From the human T2T-CHM13v2.0 reference genome, Homo sapiens: 64,000 bases of DNA. The notes beneath the pieces were generated by a model, which was not told the origin of the DNA, made no database searches, and saw nothing but the letters and a program-made list of their open reading frames with translations. The stretch lies in NCBI RefSeq assembly GCF_009914755.1, contig NC_060930.1, one strand, 5' to 3'. A program made the position numbers and the translations under genes. Each line of letters starts with the position of its first letter. Within the stretch, counting starts at the first letter, position 1. Shown in pieces: positions 1-20,540 of the stretch.

Positions 1-362
1 TAATTAAGGTAGTAAGATGTCTGAATTATAGATTTGGTGATCTACAATCAGCAGGTGCCTCAGATTCTTTCTGTATTACTGAAGTCTCTGGTTGCTTGCA
101 TGGGTTGGAAATTAAAGGAATTATAAGCATTAAAGATTGAAGTTTAGTTCTATAAGGAACTTTAGCAATAATCTAGTGATAGTCAATGGATGTTAACTTT
201 CTTTTTTAGAAGCATCTCTAAAATTATGATTCTCCTCTAAAGAATGTACCTTTCTCTAAAAAGTGCCCACATGCACATCCACATAAAATCTTTACAAACA
301 TCAAGGGATTTGAGATCTCCCTGAAGCTGATTCATGGACCCTCCATTAAGAGTCCTGTATTA

Positions 363-1037
<675 letters not shown>

Positions 1038-1843
1038 AATCTCTAAGCTACTTAGGGAACTGCAACCCAGAGCGGTCCAGAGACTCAACCATGCACTCAC
1101 ATGAATGTTTAGCAGCAGAGGCAGAACCACAGCCTGGGGGTCCCATCACCCAGGCTTCCATACCACCCTGCACCCTCTCCATGCGCTTCCTCAGACCACA
1201 GTGTGCTGCTCCAGGAGCCTATGGGTGGAGTCCAGAGGGTCAGATTTGAGGGATGAGATGTGAGTGGAGGTGCCGTTCTTGCCCCAGGTCTCTGATGGCA
1301 TCAGGAGGAGACTTCAGCTCCAGAATGCTCTCCTTCCTCCAGATGCTTGGGCAATACCCAGGACAATACCCCAAGAAGTCAGCTCCTAATGATGGCTTCT
1401 TGAGGATCAGTAGGGCAATTATGGGGTGCTGATGTGAGCCAATGTGCTCTTTCCTCTACTATCAGTATTCAGCGTCCTCTGGGCCAATAGTCCCTACGCC
1501 TTGGAAAATTAAGGATTTTAGTAACAAATATTTAGAATCTATCGTCATGTTAACATTTAATGTCTTCAGTCTTGGTGTCCAGTGGCCCCTGCTCTCTCTC
1601 CTTCAAGGTGTGTGTCACATCTTTTCCAGGATCCTTTGAGGATGGTCACACCCCCTGCCACCATGGCCACAGTCTGTCTCCCCGGTAACATCCATCAGAG
1701 ATGGCAACTTGCTGCTCTGGAGCTGTTGCCTCAATTCTGTATTAAATCTATTCTAATGCTGTCTTTGAATGTCTGTATTTAAGATTATTTTATTATGGGT
1801 CTGTTTTTTGAGCAGATTGTTACTTCACACTTCACTTTCTGTT

Positions 1844-1895
1844 CTGTGTATGTGTGTGTACATGCCTGTAATCAGTGCGTGCGTGTGTGTGTGTG
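1844..1895. repeat. interrupted (TG)n microsatellite
   Basis: Directly visible. Confidence 0.8.
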
Positions 1896-2857
1896 GGGGT
1901 GGTGGTATTCCTCTGTTGTTTGCAACACCTCCCAGTTGGGGATCATTTGTAAATTTAGTTAATGAGCATTTAACACATTCCCTTTGATGAAGCTGTTAAA
2001 TCTGAGTGCACACTGGCATCCTCCCAGACATCTCCCGTCTCCCAAGCCATTTGTGTTTCCCTCTTCTTAGCTGCTTAGTGATGGTTTCTTGTTTGTTGGT
2101 ACAGTATGGAACTAACCTTTAGTCCTCTCTGGAAAAAGTAGGGCTTGAGTTTTGTAAGAAATGCTCACATCTGTATTCAAAGCAAGTCCACTTTTTTGGT
2201 GGGCTTTCGTTCTCACCAAACAAAATAAACTGCAGACAGAAAAGACGTTTCATCATCGCCCTAACTGGCCGTGCTTGTGGCAGTGGGACATAAGCTATGG
2301 CTGTCGGCTTTTGCAAGAACAAGCACCAAGCTGAAAACCCGCGGGCCCCAGCTGTCAGAGAGTTTCCCTGGATTTAATGATAACTTGATCTCTGAAGAGG
2401 GAGTGTATGTCAAGTGTGCTTTTCAATCACTTAGAGAAATCAGAGTAAATGACAGAGCGGCCCTGGGATTCGCCTGTGCGATGAGCCCTCATTACCGTCT
2501 CCTACAGTAGAGGCATCACGGGAATCAGCCCAACCCTGTGACAGTGGCAGAAACACAGGCTGTCTCCAAAGATGTAGAATTTGAAAAGAAACAGCCCCCA
2601 GATGTCTGTAAAAATCAATTATCTAAAATTCAGTATAATTAAAAATATAGAAATAAACCAGAGGAAGGGGTTGAACTACCTATGCATTCGTATATGAACC
2701 AGGAAGCCATCTCTCAACAGAAACAATCCTGCTACTACTTTACTTCTTATCTACCTCATGTGTGGTCCTTGCTTGCTATTCCTGACTTCAAGAATATGTG
2801 ACTTCTATCATTTCCTACACCTCAGCAAATCCCACGCCAGCACTAGAGCCATCACAG

Positions 2858-2904
2858 ACACACACGGAATACACACGTGTATGTACACACACACACACAC
2901 ACAC
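2858..2904. repeat. (CA)n microsatellite
   Basis: Directly visible. Confidence 0.8.
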
Positions 2905-3185
2905 TTTCCAGGCTGAGGCCACTCTAAGATCAGAAAAATGTCCTGGTAGTAATTAGATTGACACTTCCAACCTGGTTCTCAGCAGCTAGCCCCGGTGTCT
3001 GTGTTTCTAAATGTGAACACCACATGTTGCTCAAATTATTGACATCAAAGCCTGGTTACCAGACAAGACTGGCCAGAGAGATTTCACCTCCTACCCTTTA
3101 GGTTACTAGAGAGGCAGTAAAGTGGAGACAGCTGAATCCCACACGGTGCACAATTTAGGGCATGCCTGTGCCCTTTTTCTTTTTT

Positions 3186-3305
3186 TCTTTCTTTTTTTTT
3201 TGTGACGGAGTTTCACTCTTGTTGCCCAGGCTGGAGTGCAACGGCATGATCTTGGCTCTCCACAGGTTCAAGCAAGTCTCCTGCCTCAGCCTCCCGAGTA
3301 GCTGG
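3186..3305 (-). mobile_element. 5'-truncated Alu right-arm fragment with internal deletion
   Basis: Flanked by ccctttttcttttt direct repeats. Confidence 0.85.
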
Positions 3306-4027
3306 AACCCCTTTTTCTTTTTTACTGTGTAAAACGAAACAAAACAAAGCACTAAAACACAACATCAGTTTCAAGGGATTGTTTGTTTTCATTCCCAGCC
3401 CGGGTCACCTCACAATCCATAACTGAGAAGCATTTTATACTTTGAGTTGATGGAAGGCAAGAAAAGAGAAGGGAGGGATGGCCGGTGTTGACTCAGGGCA
3501 GGGCGAATGGTACACTTGGTGCCAACACCCCATTGGTCCCTTCCTGTGGAAAGGCGCGAGCCTATCTAACTTCACATGCCTCACGATCTCCAGCCTACAG
3601 CCTCTAACCTCATTTTGTCACTATTTTCTTTTCCTGTTGACTTCAGGGTAAAAGGCAGTGAAGTGGTCAGAGGAAGGTCTGCCCCTTACGCATCTCTGGT
3701 GGATTTGTCTGGATTTTTCTTCACGGTAACCAATGCCTTTGCCATGGTAAAGTAAGTTAGAGCTGGCTTTTTGGCAAAGGTTTCTTTTTAAGCCTGATTA
3801 GCCTTAGAGACATAGACAATTGTTACTGATAAGGCTGTCAGACTTGGAGAACATCTGAAATACAGGAATCTAAAAAGAAGTGCAATGAGTTTTGTGTGTT
3901 GAGGAATAGGGGCAGGGGATGCAGTCCCCTTTGATAAATAACCAGAGAGTGATTGCATTTATATCCTGACAGCATACTCATGTTGTATAGCCATTGTGAA
4001 CACAAATGACAGCCATGAGTTCTGTGA

Positions 4028-4355
<328 letters not shown>

Positions 4356-4514
4356 CTTTCTGTGAGGGAAATCTCAGTGTTAATGAAATATTTAGTTTTT
4401 CTCGGTGATTACAACCAACACCCTTTAGCCTTTACGTCTTTGATTCCCAAATATATGAGGAAAATTTCTCTTCTCTCTCCCAGTTGAGAACTAGGAATTA
4501 ATGAAAACGTTCTT

Positions 4515-5100
<586 letters not shown>

Positions 5101-5182
5101 AGGTTCTTTAAAATTTCATTATATTTTATGAAAGAGATAAAAGACATCTTTTCTTAATGCCTGCATTCTTCCACTTTATCTT

Positions 5183-5303
5183 GTTTTTTTTTTTTCTGTA
5201 TGAGAAAATATTGCTCTGTTGCCCAGGCTGGAGTGCAGTGGTGCAAATCATGGCTCACTGCAGCCTCAACTGCCCCTGCTCAAGCGATCCTCCTGCCTCA
5301 GCC
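5183..5303 (-). mobile_element. old Alu (AluJ/FRAM) fragment
   Basis: gcccaggctggagtgcagtgg...ctcaagcgatcctcctgcctcagcc. Confidence 0.8.
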
Positions 5304-5419
5304 AATTAGGACATGGCAAAAATCAGCCATGGCCACAAGTGGCAAAATCAGGCAGTTGATTATTTGCTCATTCTTGCTTCAGATGAAATCCATTAAAAAG
5401 GAATATCAAGAATAACTTT

Positions 5420-5555
5420 GAAATGATAAAGATTTGAGGTGACAGATACGCTAATTGCCCTGATTTGATCATTACACATGGTTTGCAGGTATTGAAATAT
5501 CACATGCATCCCATAAATATGTTCAATTATTATGTGTCAATTTAAAATTTTTAAA
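5420..5555 (+). mobile_element. L1MA-type 3' end fragment
   Basis: tgaggtga...ccctgatttgatcattacaca...cccataaatatg. Confidence 0.75.
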
Positions 5556-5581
5556 AGAATAGCTTTTAAAAAGTGCAGGAT

Positions 5582-5916
<335 letters not shown>

Positions 5917-6950
5917 TTAAAAAAAGAAATGCTGTTTTAAGTCAAATGAAAACCAAAAATAAAAAATAAGAATAAGAAAGCCATAACTTGGGGTATAAGG
6001 TATTTATTGTCATTGTTATTCTTGTTGTTGCTGATTTCCCAGCGGGTACTGGGGATAAGGTTAAAGAAAAAGAACCCAGAAATCCAGACTTGGAAAAGAA
6101 GATGGAAGAGCTTAGAGCCAAGAAAAATAGATACTAGTACTTAAAAGAATTTGGTTATTTTAAGATCCTCCTGAGAAAGAGTGGCTAGCATCTTTAACAC
6201 TGGTAGCAAAATCAGGCAAAGGAATTCAGGAAAAAAACGCCTGAATATGGAACAGGAAGGAACTAACTTTGTCAAATGTACTTAATGAAGTGTTTTTCAG
6301 GGTTACTTGAGATTAGAAAGTAGACAGAGTTGTCTTCTGTGATGATCTTTTCATAGAATCATGCAGCTGGGAGAAATAGTTTAGTGTTATTTCCTGCCTC
6401 AGGGAGCTATATAACTAAACCATCCCATTTGGATGGTTATCCAATTCATTTTTTTTAAGCATTTAAACCACCATCTGCCCTGAGCTCTGAGCTTGCCTGC
6501 CATCCACATGGGCAGAAGGTGACACATTTGCCTAGGGGCTCCCGACAATCCCAGGCCCTACCTGCTTTATCCTGGGATATGGGCTAATGGAGCCTTCCAC
6601 AGAAATGGGATTGTTTTTGGGATATGGCTATTATTACAGATATTAGCAACATTCTGCCTTCAGTCTCTTCTACGTGCTTATAGAAATGCACTGGCCTGTG
6701 GGGCTCTACACCTCAAAAAATAGCCTTGAGAAGGCTCTGCCCTAGGAAGAGGGGTGTAAAGGGCATGTTACTTAAACACCGACTTTCATGGGGACTCAGA
6801 TGCTCCACATGTGGCTAGAGCCAGAGCTGTACCCTGGCAACTCAGTTCCCCTCTCCAGCAAACTAGCATCAGGGCAGAGCAAGGGAAGAGGCATGTGAAT
6901 TCCATTGATCGTAGGTTCAATGCCAGGCTTTAAAAGGTCTATGTGAATCA

Positions 6951-7250
<300 letters not shown>

Positions 7251-8639
7251 GGTCTATGTGAATCAACAGCAGCCCAGAAAGGTGTATAAGATCTACCATG
7301 ATCTGTAATAATCTCAAAGGGCTCATTTCACCTGGATATAGTGGCCACAGAGCAACCTGCACACCCTAAACGATCCAAACCCTGTAGGTGCTCAGTGCTG
7401 CTGGGAATGCCCCTCTAGATGTTCTCAGGACCAGAGCACTCCAGACTAGCACTGAGCAAAGATGTTGCCCTTTTTCTCCTCAGGCTTGGCTCCTTGCATG
7501 CAGCCAGGAATCAGCAGCCAGTGAGACATCTCCGATTGGTTTGCAGTTCTGTCAGATACATGCCTGGGGTGAGGAAGTGTCCTTGAACTGTTTGCTTATT
7601 CTTCCCTTCTGAATGGAAGTGGAGTGATTGCATCCCACAGGTTTCGGAGATGGCACTGGATTGGCGCCACTTGCTTGGCCCTGGACACTGGGCAGCACTG
7701 TGTGTGGAGGCTTTCCACCTGCCTTCTTGACAGCTGTACTTTCCCAGGCAGCGTGGGCAGAGTCGGAGCCAGAGACTCAGCTAGTCTGGAGGGGGAGGGG
7801 GAGGGGAATTGGAGAAATCTTGTTTACGCCACTGATGCCAGGATCTAAATTTTCTACAACCCACATGCCAGCACCCTTTAAGCCTGCTCAAGAGGTGCTG
7901 TGAGTTGGAATCCTAGGAGAAGCCATTAGCTAGAGCTTTCCCCAAGGGACAACAGTGTTCCAGATTCTGTCTAGGATGCTGTTATAGTCCTTACCTTAGA
8001 ACAACTGTGCCAGCCGTCCCGGGAGGAGGAAAAGCAAAGGTTCTAGTCTCTCACTGGAACTTGGGAAATATTTCTTATTCAAATACACTCTTTGAGCATT
8101 AACATTTCTCAAGGGAGCAAGAGAAATCTGAGAAATAGTCATTGGCCTAATTTGGATGGCTGAATTGTTTCATGAAAAAGCCTGTGAATTGCAATTGAGA
8201 CCTTGGCATGGATCTGGGGAGGCAAAGGGAATCTATTCTCTGAAAAGCACCATATGACTATGTCAGCCACACCTGGGCTGGCCCCGCCACCCAAAGATGC
8301 CCAAGTGGCACTGGTCATTTGCACATTTCTAAAGAGGCGTGCTTGGATTTTGCACAAAAAAATTCGGGTCCATGGCCACAAGTGGCTTTGCAGATGTGTT
8401 ACTGGCCACAAGAGAAGGCAGACAAGAATTCAAATGAGGCTACACAGCCAAGAAACTGTCGCAGGATCAGCGGTTGAAATGGAGACCAGGGGCAGAATCC
8501 AGGAACGGTTGAGAACACAGACCTCAGGGTCAGAGTGGTACAAATCCTGGACCCTTTCCTTACGAGCTCTGAGACTCTGGACAAATGACTGAACCTCTCA
8601 GTAGGGATGGATGGTATAGATCCTTCCTCACCAGAATGA

Positions 8640-8785
8640 AGTCCAAATAGGAATGATAGTAATAGGCCCTTTCTCACCAGGAGGTAGGAAGATTAAGCAG
8701 CAACTGGTGAAACACTTGCTTAGCACCCTGCCTGGAACATAACTAAGTACGTGATACATAGTTGCTACTGTTCTATTTATTATTT
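8640..8785 (+). mobile_element. MIR fragment
   Basis: gattaag...cttagcac...cctggaacata...gctactg core/3' motif. Confidence 0.55.
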
Positions 8786-9240
8786 TTCCTACACAGAAAA
8801 GCCTGCATGAGGCCTGGAATTGCTAATGCCCCACGTTTTAAACAACACCTGATAAACGGCAGTGTGGAGTTGTGACCCTCAGCCTGTGTGATCAGATCCC
8901 AAGGTCTTAATCATAAGGAGGAACGAGAGGGGAGCAAAAATTTCTTAAAATTTTGAGTTGCCCTTATATCTTATTGGATGGAAAAAAGAACTTGGAAAAA
9001 GTGCTGAGTTTCTTTCTAAAGGGGTTCCACAGCTCAGTAAGGTATTCTAGTCTCCACCACTCCCTGTGCTCTATATTGACATCTGCCTTTTCCAAAGAAT
9101 GGGAATTAAAAAACACTGGCACAGCCATTTTGTGAAAATGCATAGAATTGAATCTGGTTCCCACTTTTGAAATAGGCAAAGAAAAATTAATGGATGCCTA
9201 GTAAGTCTTTTGTACTAATAAGACCTATTATTATTTTCTT

Positions 9241-9292
9241 TCTCGTTCTCTCTCTCTCTCACACACACACACATACACACCCGTACACACAC
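9241..9292. repeat. (CT)n(CA)n compound microsatellite
   Basis: Directly visible. Confidence 0.8.
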
Positions 9293-10156
9293 CAGTCTAA
9301 TACAATGTCCTCATTTTATAGATGAGTAAACTGAGGTCCTGATAATGAAGTAAACGAGTACCGGCATTCCTAGCTACCCACTTTTAGGTAGTTTAAATGT
9401 AGCTTTGGGGGAAAAATAACCCTAGTCTTGATGCTGCAGTTGGGTGGGCAGGCTCATTACAGAGGCATTTTCAGCACTTAGAGAAAGGAGTTCTCTGTTT
9501 GCACACACACGTGCATACTTTATCTCTCTCTCTTCCAGTTTTTGCTTTGTCCCCAAAATTCTGATACTCTCCTTCAGAGAAGGAGCTGAAGTAAACAAAT
9601 CAACAATCAAGGCATTTTCTGAACAGAATGGATGCATTATTCTTTGGGTGAGCAGAACCCAGATTCTGGTTTCTGTTCTTAACTCAGCTTCTTCTCCCTT
9701 GGAGAGGGGGAGTAATGGAGAAAAACAGAAACAAGTGATATTACTAATAACAACCCTGCCAGCTCTCTTTTGATTACTGATCAACCGGGTGACAATCCCA
9801 CAGGGCAGAGAGTTATCTCGGCAGCCTGTGATACATTCAGTTTAAGCTGATGGCGGCGTATGGCAGCACAGCTCCAGCAGAAAAGCACTGTCCCCTGTCT
9901 GAGGACGTGCAGTTGGGCTGAAGAACGGTGCAGAATTGTTCCTGCCATGCCTCTCTCCTTCACACCCCAGCACAAAGAAGGGCTGTGTGTTGACAGCAGC
10001 CAGCACTTCACCTGGTGGGTGGGGACAACTGCTGTATTGCCCACACCTTGCCCCTTAGTGAAATTGTTAATTTTCAATATTCTGACAGTCTGTATTCTAT
10101 CCTTTGCCCTAGTCCAATTTTTCCAAACAATGAAACAAAGTTTCGTATTATTCTAA

Positions 10157-10840
<684 letters not shown>

Positions 10841-11737
10841 AGGCAGCATGCTGGGACCTACAGTCTCCCTAAACTTGTTTATCTAGAGTGTTACACGTAT
10901 GTGGGCACATGTCCAAAATCCCTTCGGTGCGGCAGTTTGGAGAAAGGGGTCAAGGACAAGGGCTTCTTCCCCTAGAGCATTTAATGAGAAGGAGCTGGCA
11001 TGGAGGATACCCAAGTCTGATGTAGTTTACTACTCTGCCCTCACTGTTGCTCCTTGTTTAAAGGATTTGGGGAATTTAGCAAAATATTGAAAGCACACAT
11101 TTTCATGCTTGTGAAAGCAAAGGCCAAGAGCCAAAGGGCTGCAGCTGTGGATGCTTTTCCTCAGCATGAGGTTAACCTAAGGAAAGAAAGGCCTTCAGGG
11201 AAGAGAATCTCTTTACTGTTGCATTCTTAAAATTTCTAGTATTTCCATATGGACAGGACTGCTGCTCTTCCAGAAAACTTCTGGAAGAGCACCCTGAAGA
11301 GAGTCTGTCGTGTGAACTATGGTTCATTCAGCACAGAGAGTAGGACTCTGGGCATGGTGCACGCTGTCGCGGGGAGCAGCCGACCTTCCAGAACTACAAA
11401 GGAGAGACCCTGTGGAGAGGGTCGCACCAGGGCCGTCACTGGGGAAGTCATTTTCCTCTTTGGTTTGTTTATTTTCCTGCATAAAGAGGATGGTAAAATA
11501 GCTTAGACTAAAGACATTGTGTATAAAGACAGTGACAGGTTTATGTATTAAGCAACCTTTATTTGATTGTGACAACACTTTAAGATGAGAACAATGATAC
11601 TAACTTTGAAACTAGGATTGTAAAAAAAAATATGAGCCATCTAGTTTAATTTAGATTTTATGTAAATAATGAATATTTTTTAACATACATCCATCCTATG
11701 CAGTATTTGGGATATATATGTATACTAAAAAATTATT

Positions 11738-12037
<300 letters not shown>

Positions 12038-12163
12038 TTATCTGGTGGACCCTATTGAAGCACTGATGTTAACAAAATACCACCACTCTTGGTAAAAATT
12101 AGTACATGGCTATAATTTGCAGGTTTTAAGGGAAATAGCATTCATTAAAACAGAATAGAATGA

Positions 12164-12532
<369 letters not shown>

Positions 12533-12535
12533 TAA

Positions 12536-13119
<584 letters not shown>

Positions 13120-13284
13120 TCACTTTAAATGAGTCTGTAAGTTTGTTAGCAGAGAGCCATTAGGTTATGTTTTCTCTTCAGTCAAAATATCATTAAGTAA
13201 TTCACAAATAAAAGCACACAGACAATTTTGCAAGCATTTAAAAACACTTTAAACTGTATATAAATGTTTTTGAGTTAAAGGAGG

Positions 13285-13402
13285 GAATTCATTCAACAAA
13301 TACCTACTGAGCCCTCACTCTATGCCCAGCATGGTTGAAGGTGTTTGGGAAACAGCGGGAACAAAATGAACTTCTCTGTCCTCTTAGGCTTTATATTCTA
13401 GA
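13285..13402 (-). mobile_element. L2 3' fragment
   Basis: attcattcaacaaatacctactgag motif. Confidence 0.65.
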
Positions 13403-13575
13403 GAATGGTGAAGTTTAAACTATAGCCAGTTGCTGGAGATGTAGTAAAATAGGGGAGCGGACACTCTAACATTACAAAGATTTTTTTTGTAATGATTTTA
13501 GAAAAGAATTTTTTTTTTTTTAGCATTTATTGGTGCTACAAGAATTAAGATATTCTGATATCATTAAAAGACTGT

Positions 13576-13875
13576 CGTTGGGTGCGGTGGCTCACACCTG
13601 TAGTCCCAGCACTTTGGGAGGCCGAGGTGGGTGGATCACTTGTGGTCAGGAGTTTGAGACCAGCCTGGCCAACATGGTAAAACCTCATGTCTGCTAAAGA
13701 CACAAAAATTAGCCGGGCATAGTGGTGCACGTCTGTAATCCCAGCTACTCGGGGGGCTCAGGAAGGAGAATCTCTTGAACCTGGGAGGTGGCGGTTGCAG
13801 TGAACCGAGATCACGCCACTCACTCCAGCCTGCAAGATGGAAGCAAGACTCCACCTCAAAAGAAAAAAAAAAAAA
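13576..13875 (+). mobile_element. AluS
   Basis: Full dimer. Confidence 0.88.
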
Positions 13876-14584
13876 GGCCTTTCAGGGTTCTCTGGGGTTT
13901 GATGGCTGAAAATGATATAAACATAAGAAGCCTTTAAGTATCAGGTCAACCTGTATTAGGAGGGGCTGAGAAGCAAACATTAATTCAGGATGCTATCTTT
14001 GGTTAAAAGCTCTCAACTTTTAAATCAGAATAAATTTACAGGGTGCCTGTGAGCACTAGCCAACCCTAACCAGCCCCACCAACAAATAATTTGGTGGAGA
14101 TTTTTAGGAGCAGATAATGTTGTCAAGATGCTGGGGAGGAAAGGAAACTTTCAATGCCTGGGGCCTGTTTCCACTGATGCATGGGTATCAGTTTGGCAAC
14201 ACACTGCAGCTCCCATTCTACACTTGAGAGGCAGTAAATTGCTTTTGGGTAGAAATGAATTAACTCTTTTCTATGACTACATTACCATAACATGCTGTCA
14301 GAAGTGATTTAGTAAACTGAATATGGAAGGCTAAAAACCTGAGTATAGTACCAAGAAATAAATTGATTAATGTGTCCTTTCATTAGTATGATCAGATTCA
14401 CAAGATGATTTTATGCTAATACTCATTTTCATAGCCTCTATTGTCCGCCTTGGTAAACTCCAGGTTGGAAGGATATTAAAAGTTATCCACTCTGACTTTC
14501 CTGTGCCCATCGGATGCTCTTTCCCCTCCGTAATATTCTCACCAGGTGGTCCAATCTTTTAAGGTGCACTAGAATAAGCTTTAG

Positions 14585-14968
<384 letters not shown>

Positions 14969-15134
14969 AGAATTAAGATCCTTTGTTCCTTTCATTTAGA
15001 CCAAGGAAGCAACATGAAGCCACAGTTTCAAAAACCCGACAGCACTGTGAAAAAGAATTCCCTATTTCTTTTACTGTAGAGAAGAAAAGGACTAGTAAAA
15101 CCCTTTTTTATTAGTAGTCATTGCAGTTCTATAT

Positions 15135-16119
<985 letters not shown>

Positions 16120-16219
16120 TGATCATTATGTGCCAAACACTGTGCTAAATAATTTTCATGTTATTTCTTATTTAATCAAAAATTTCATCATTTACAAGAC
16201 CCTTAAGAAGCTAGTAATA

Positions 16220-16598
<379 letters not shown>

Positions 16599-16759
16599 TT
16601 AACATTAGAAGGGATCTTTGGAATCCAAAACCACTCTTCTGATTTTCTAGGATTTGCCATGATACTTGTGTTAAAGAGTTAGAGCTGGAAATTTTAAATC
16701 TCTGCTGTTTTTGTTACTTCATGCTGCTTTATTCTCAAACGTATATAAAATATCTCCAT

Positions 16760-17002
16760 GCTGCAGAAATTATGCACACATACACACACACACACGCAGA
16801 AATCATATATATATAGGGTACATTAGATGTGTGTGTATATATATATACACACACACACACAGAGAAATATATATATACACACTGTGTATATATATATATA
16901 ATTTCTGTGTTTATGTATTTCTGTGTGTATGTATTTATATACTGTGTGTGTGTGTATATATATATGTGTGTGTGTATATATTCGAACTCCTGACCTCAGG
17001 AG

Positions 17003-17034
<32 letters not shown>

Positions 17035-17050
17035 GAGAGAAAGAAAGAGA
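16760..17050. repeat. complex (CA)n/(TA)n/(TG)n array with internal inverted repeats
   Basis: Directly visible; see findings. Confidence 0.9.
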
Positions 17051-17144
17051 TGATGGCAACTATTCTTCTCCCAGTTCAACAATGGGTAAGGTAAAGGAGA
17101 TGAGAATGTGTTTGATTCCAGGCACCTCTGTACTTTAAAATTAG

Positions 17145-18850
<1,706 letters not shown>

Positions 18851-18890
18851 AACTTTTTAAAGACCTAGCATTAAAATTTTACAACTTCTA

Positions 18891-19238
<348 letters not shown>

Positions 19239-19504
19239 CTATACTACTCAGTTCCTGAATACACATTTCTTTAGAATGTATTCAGCAGTTTATCCCCTAT
19301 TTATACACTTTTGGTCATTGTTCCAGAGTTTCTTTCTCATTAACATTCCTGGGCTGAGGCTCATTTCCTCAAGTTCTTTGCGTCTTTTGTCTACTGCTGC
19401 ATGGGTTCCTGAGGAGAGTTAAAGGTTCTATTTGTTCCTGAGTTTACAATCAGAAGCTCACCAAAGCTCTTGCTCTGTGGAAACCTTGAAACTGATCTCT
19501 TGAC

Positions 19505-19842
19505 AAGGCGCAGTGGCTCATGCCTGTAATCCCAGCACTTCGGGAAACCGAGGCGGGGGGATCATGAGGTCAGGAGTTCGAGATCACCCTGGCCAAGAGA
19601 CCAGCCTGGTCAATACGGTGAAACCCCATCTCTACTAAAAATACAAAAATTAGCTGGATGTGGTGGCGGGCACCTATAATCCCAGCTACTCGAGAGGCTG
19701 AGGCAGGAGAATTGCTTGAACCCAGGAAACAGAGATTACAGTGAGCCAAAGATCGTGCCATTGCACTCCAGCCTGGGCGACAGAGCGAGACTCTGACTCA
19801 AAAAAAAAAAAAAAAAAAAAGAAAGAAAGAAAGAAAAGAAAA
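19505..19842 (+). mobile_element. AluS with internal 17-bp duplication
   Basis: TSD tgatctct. Confidence 0.85.
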
Positions 19843-19849
19843 TGATCTC

Positions 19850-20540
19850 TCTTTCAGTCAGGATTCAGCATTTAAACAACTGGCAGACCCAGTGAGTTTG
19901 ACAAGAGTCAAATAAGGGGACTATTTAACAGAGCTGTGGGCAGGATTAAAGAACAACCAAAGATAGTGACGCACCAGAAACTAGCAACATCAGAAAGCCT
20001 TTCCTATGCTTAAGTCTGAAGGGGAAATTCGAGGAAACGGTTGTTAAATCAGGTACCAGAACGTTTATGTTTTAGAATAACTCAGGGAGTACAATGGGAA
20101 TGTCCATGGCACAAAGAAATGATGAGTGCTTGAGGTGATGAGCCCCATTTATCCTGGTGTGATTATTATATGCTTGTATCAAAATATCTCATGTGCCCCA
20201 TAAATATATACACCTACTATGTATCCATAAAAATTCAAAATTAAAACAATTTTAAAAAAAGAAAACAGAACCCTGGAAGAAGGAGTTACCTCTACTGATC
20301 CCTGGCCTTAGAGGGATGTAGCAACTGCTAAAACTTTGGCAGGTGGGGTGCACAGGTAAGAATAGACATAAATACCCTACCTACTTCTTTCTCTTTCTAC
20401 TCGCTTGTTCTCTCTGCCATTGACCCAACCCAAAAGAAGCCAGAGAACCAGGAAGTCAGGATGCCATCTATAGATGTCCGCCTCTAAAGGGACAGATGGC
20501 AGAGATAGATCTGAGGGGAAGATGGAAATTAACCAGCACA
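19850..20540. mobile_element. degenerate ERVL-class LTR (LTR33/LTR41-like) interrupted by an L1MA 3' end (~20105-20262)
   Basis: ggggactatttaacagagctgtgggcagg...actagcaac motif; L1 3' end tgcttgaggtgatg...cccataaatatatacacctactatgta. Confidence 0.5.

Noticed and set aside
9422-10156. Overlapping 98-120-aa ORFs in unique sequence
   Set aside because: No recognisable domain, splice structure, poly(A) or TSD; lengths are compatible with chance.
11326-11343. REST/NRSE site (ttcagcac...)
   Set aside because: Only the left half-site matches; GGACAG is absent.
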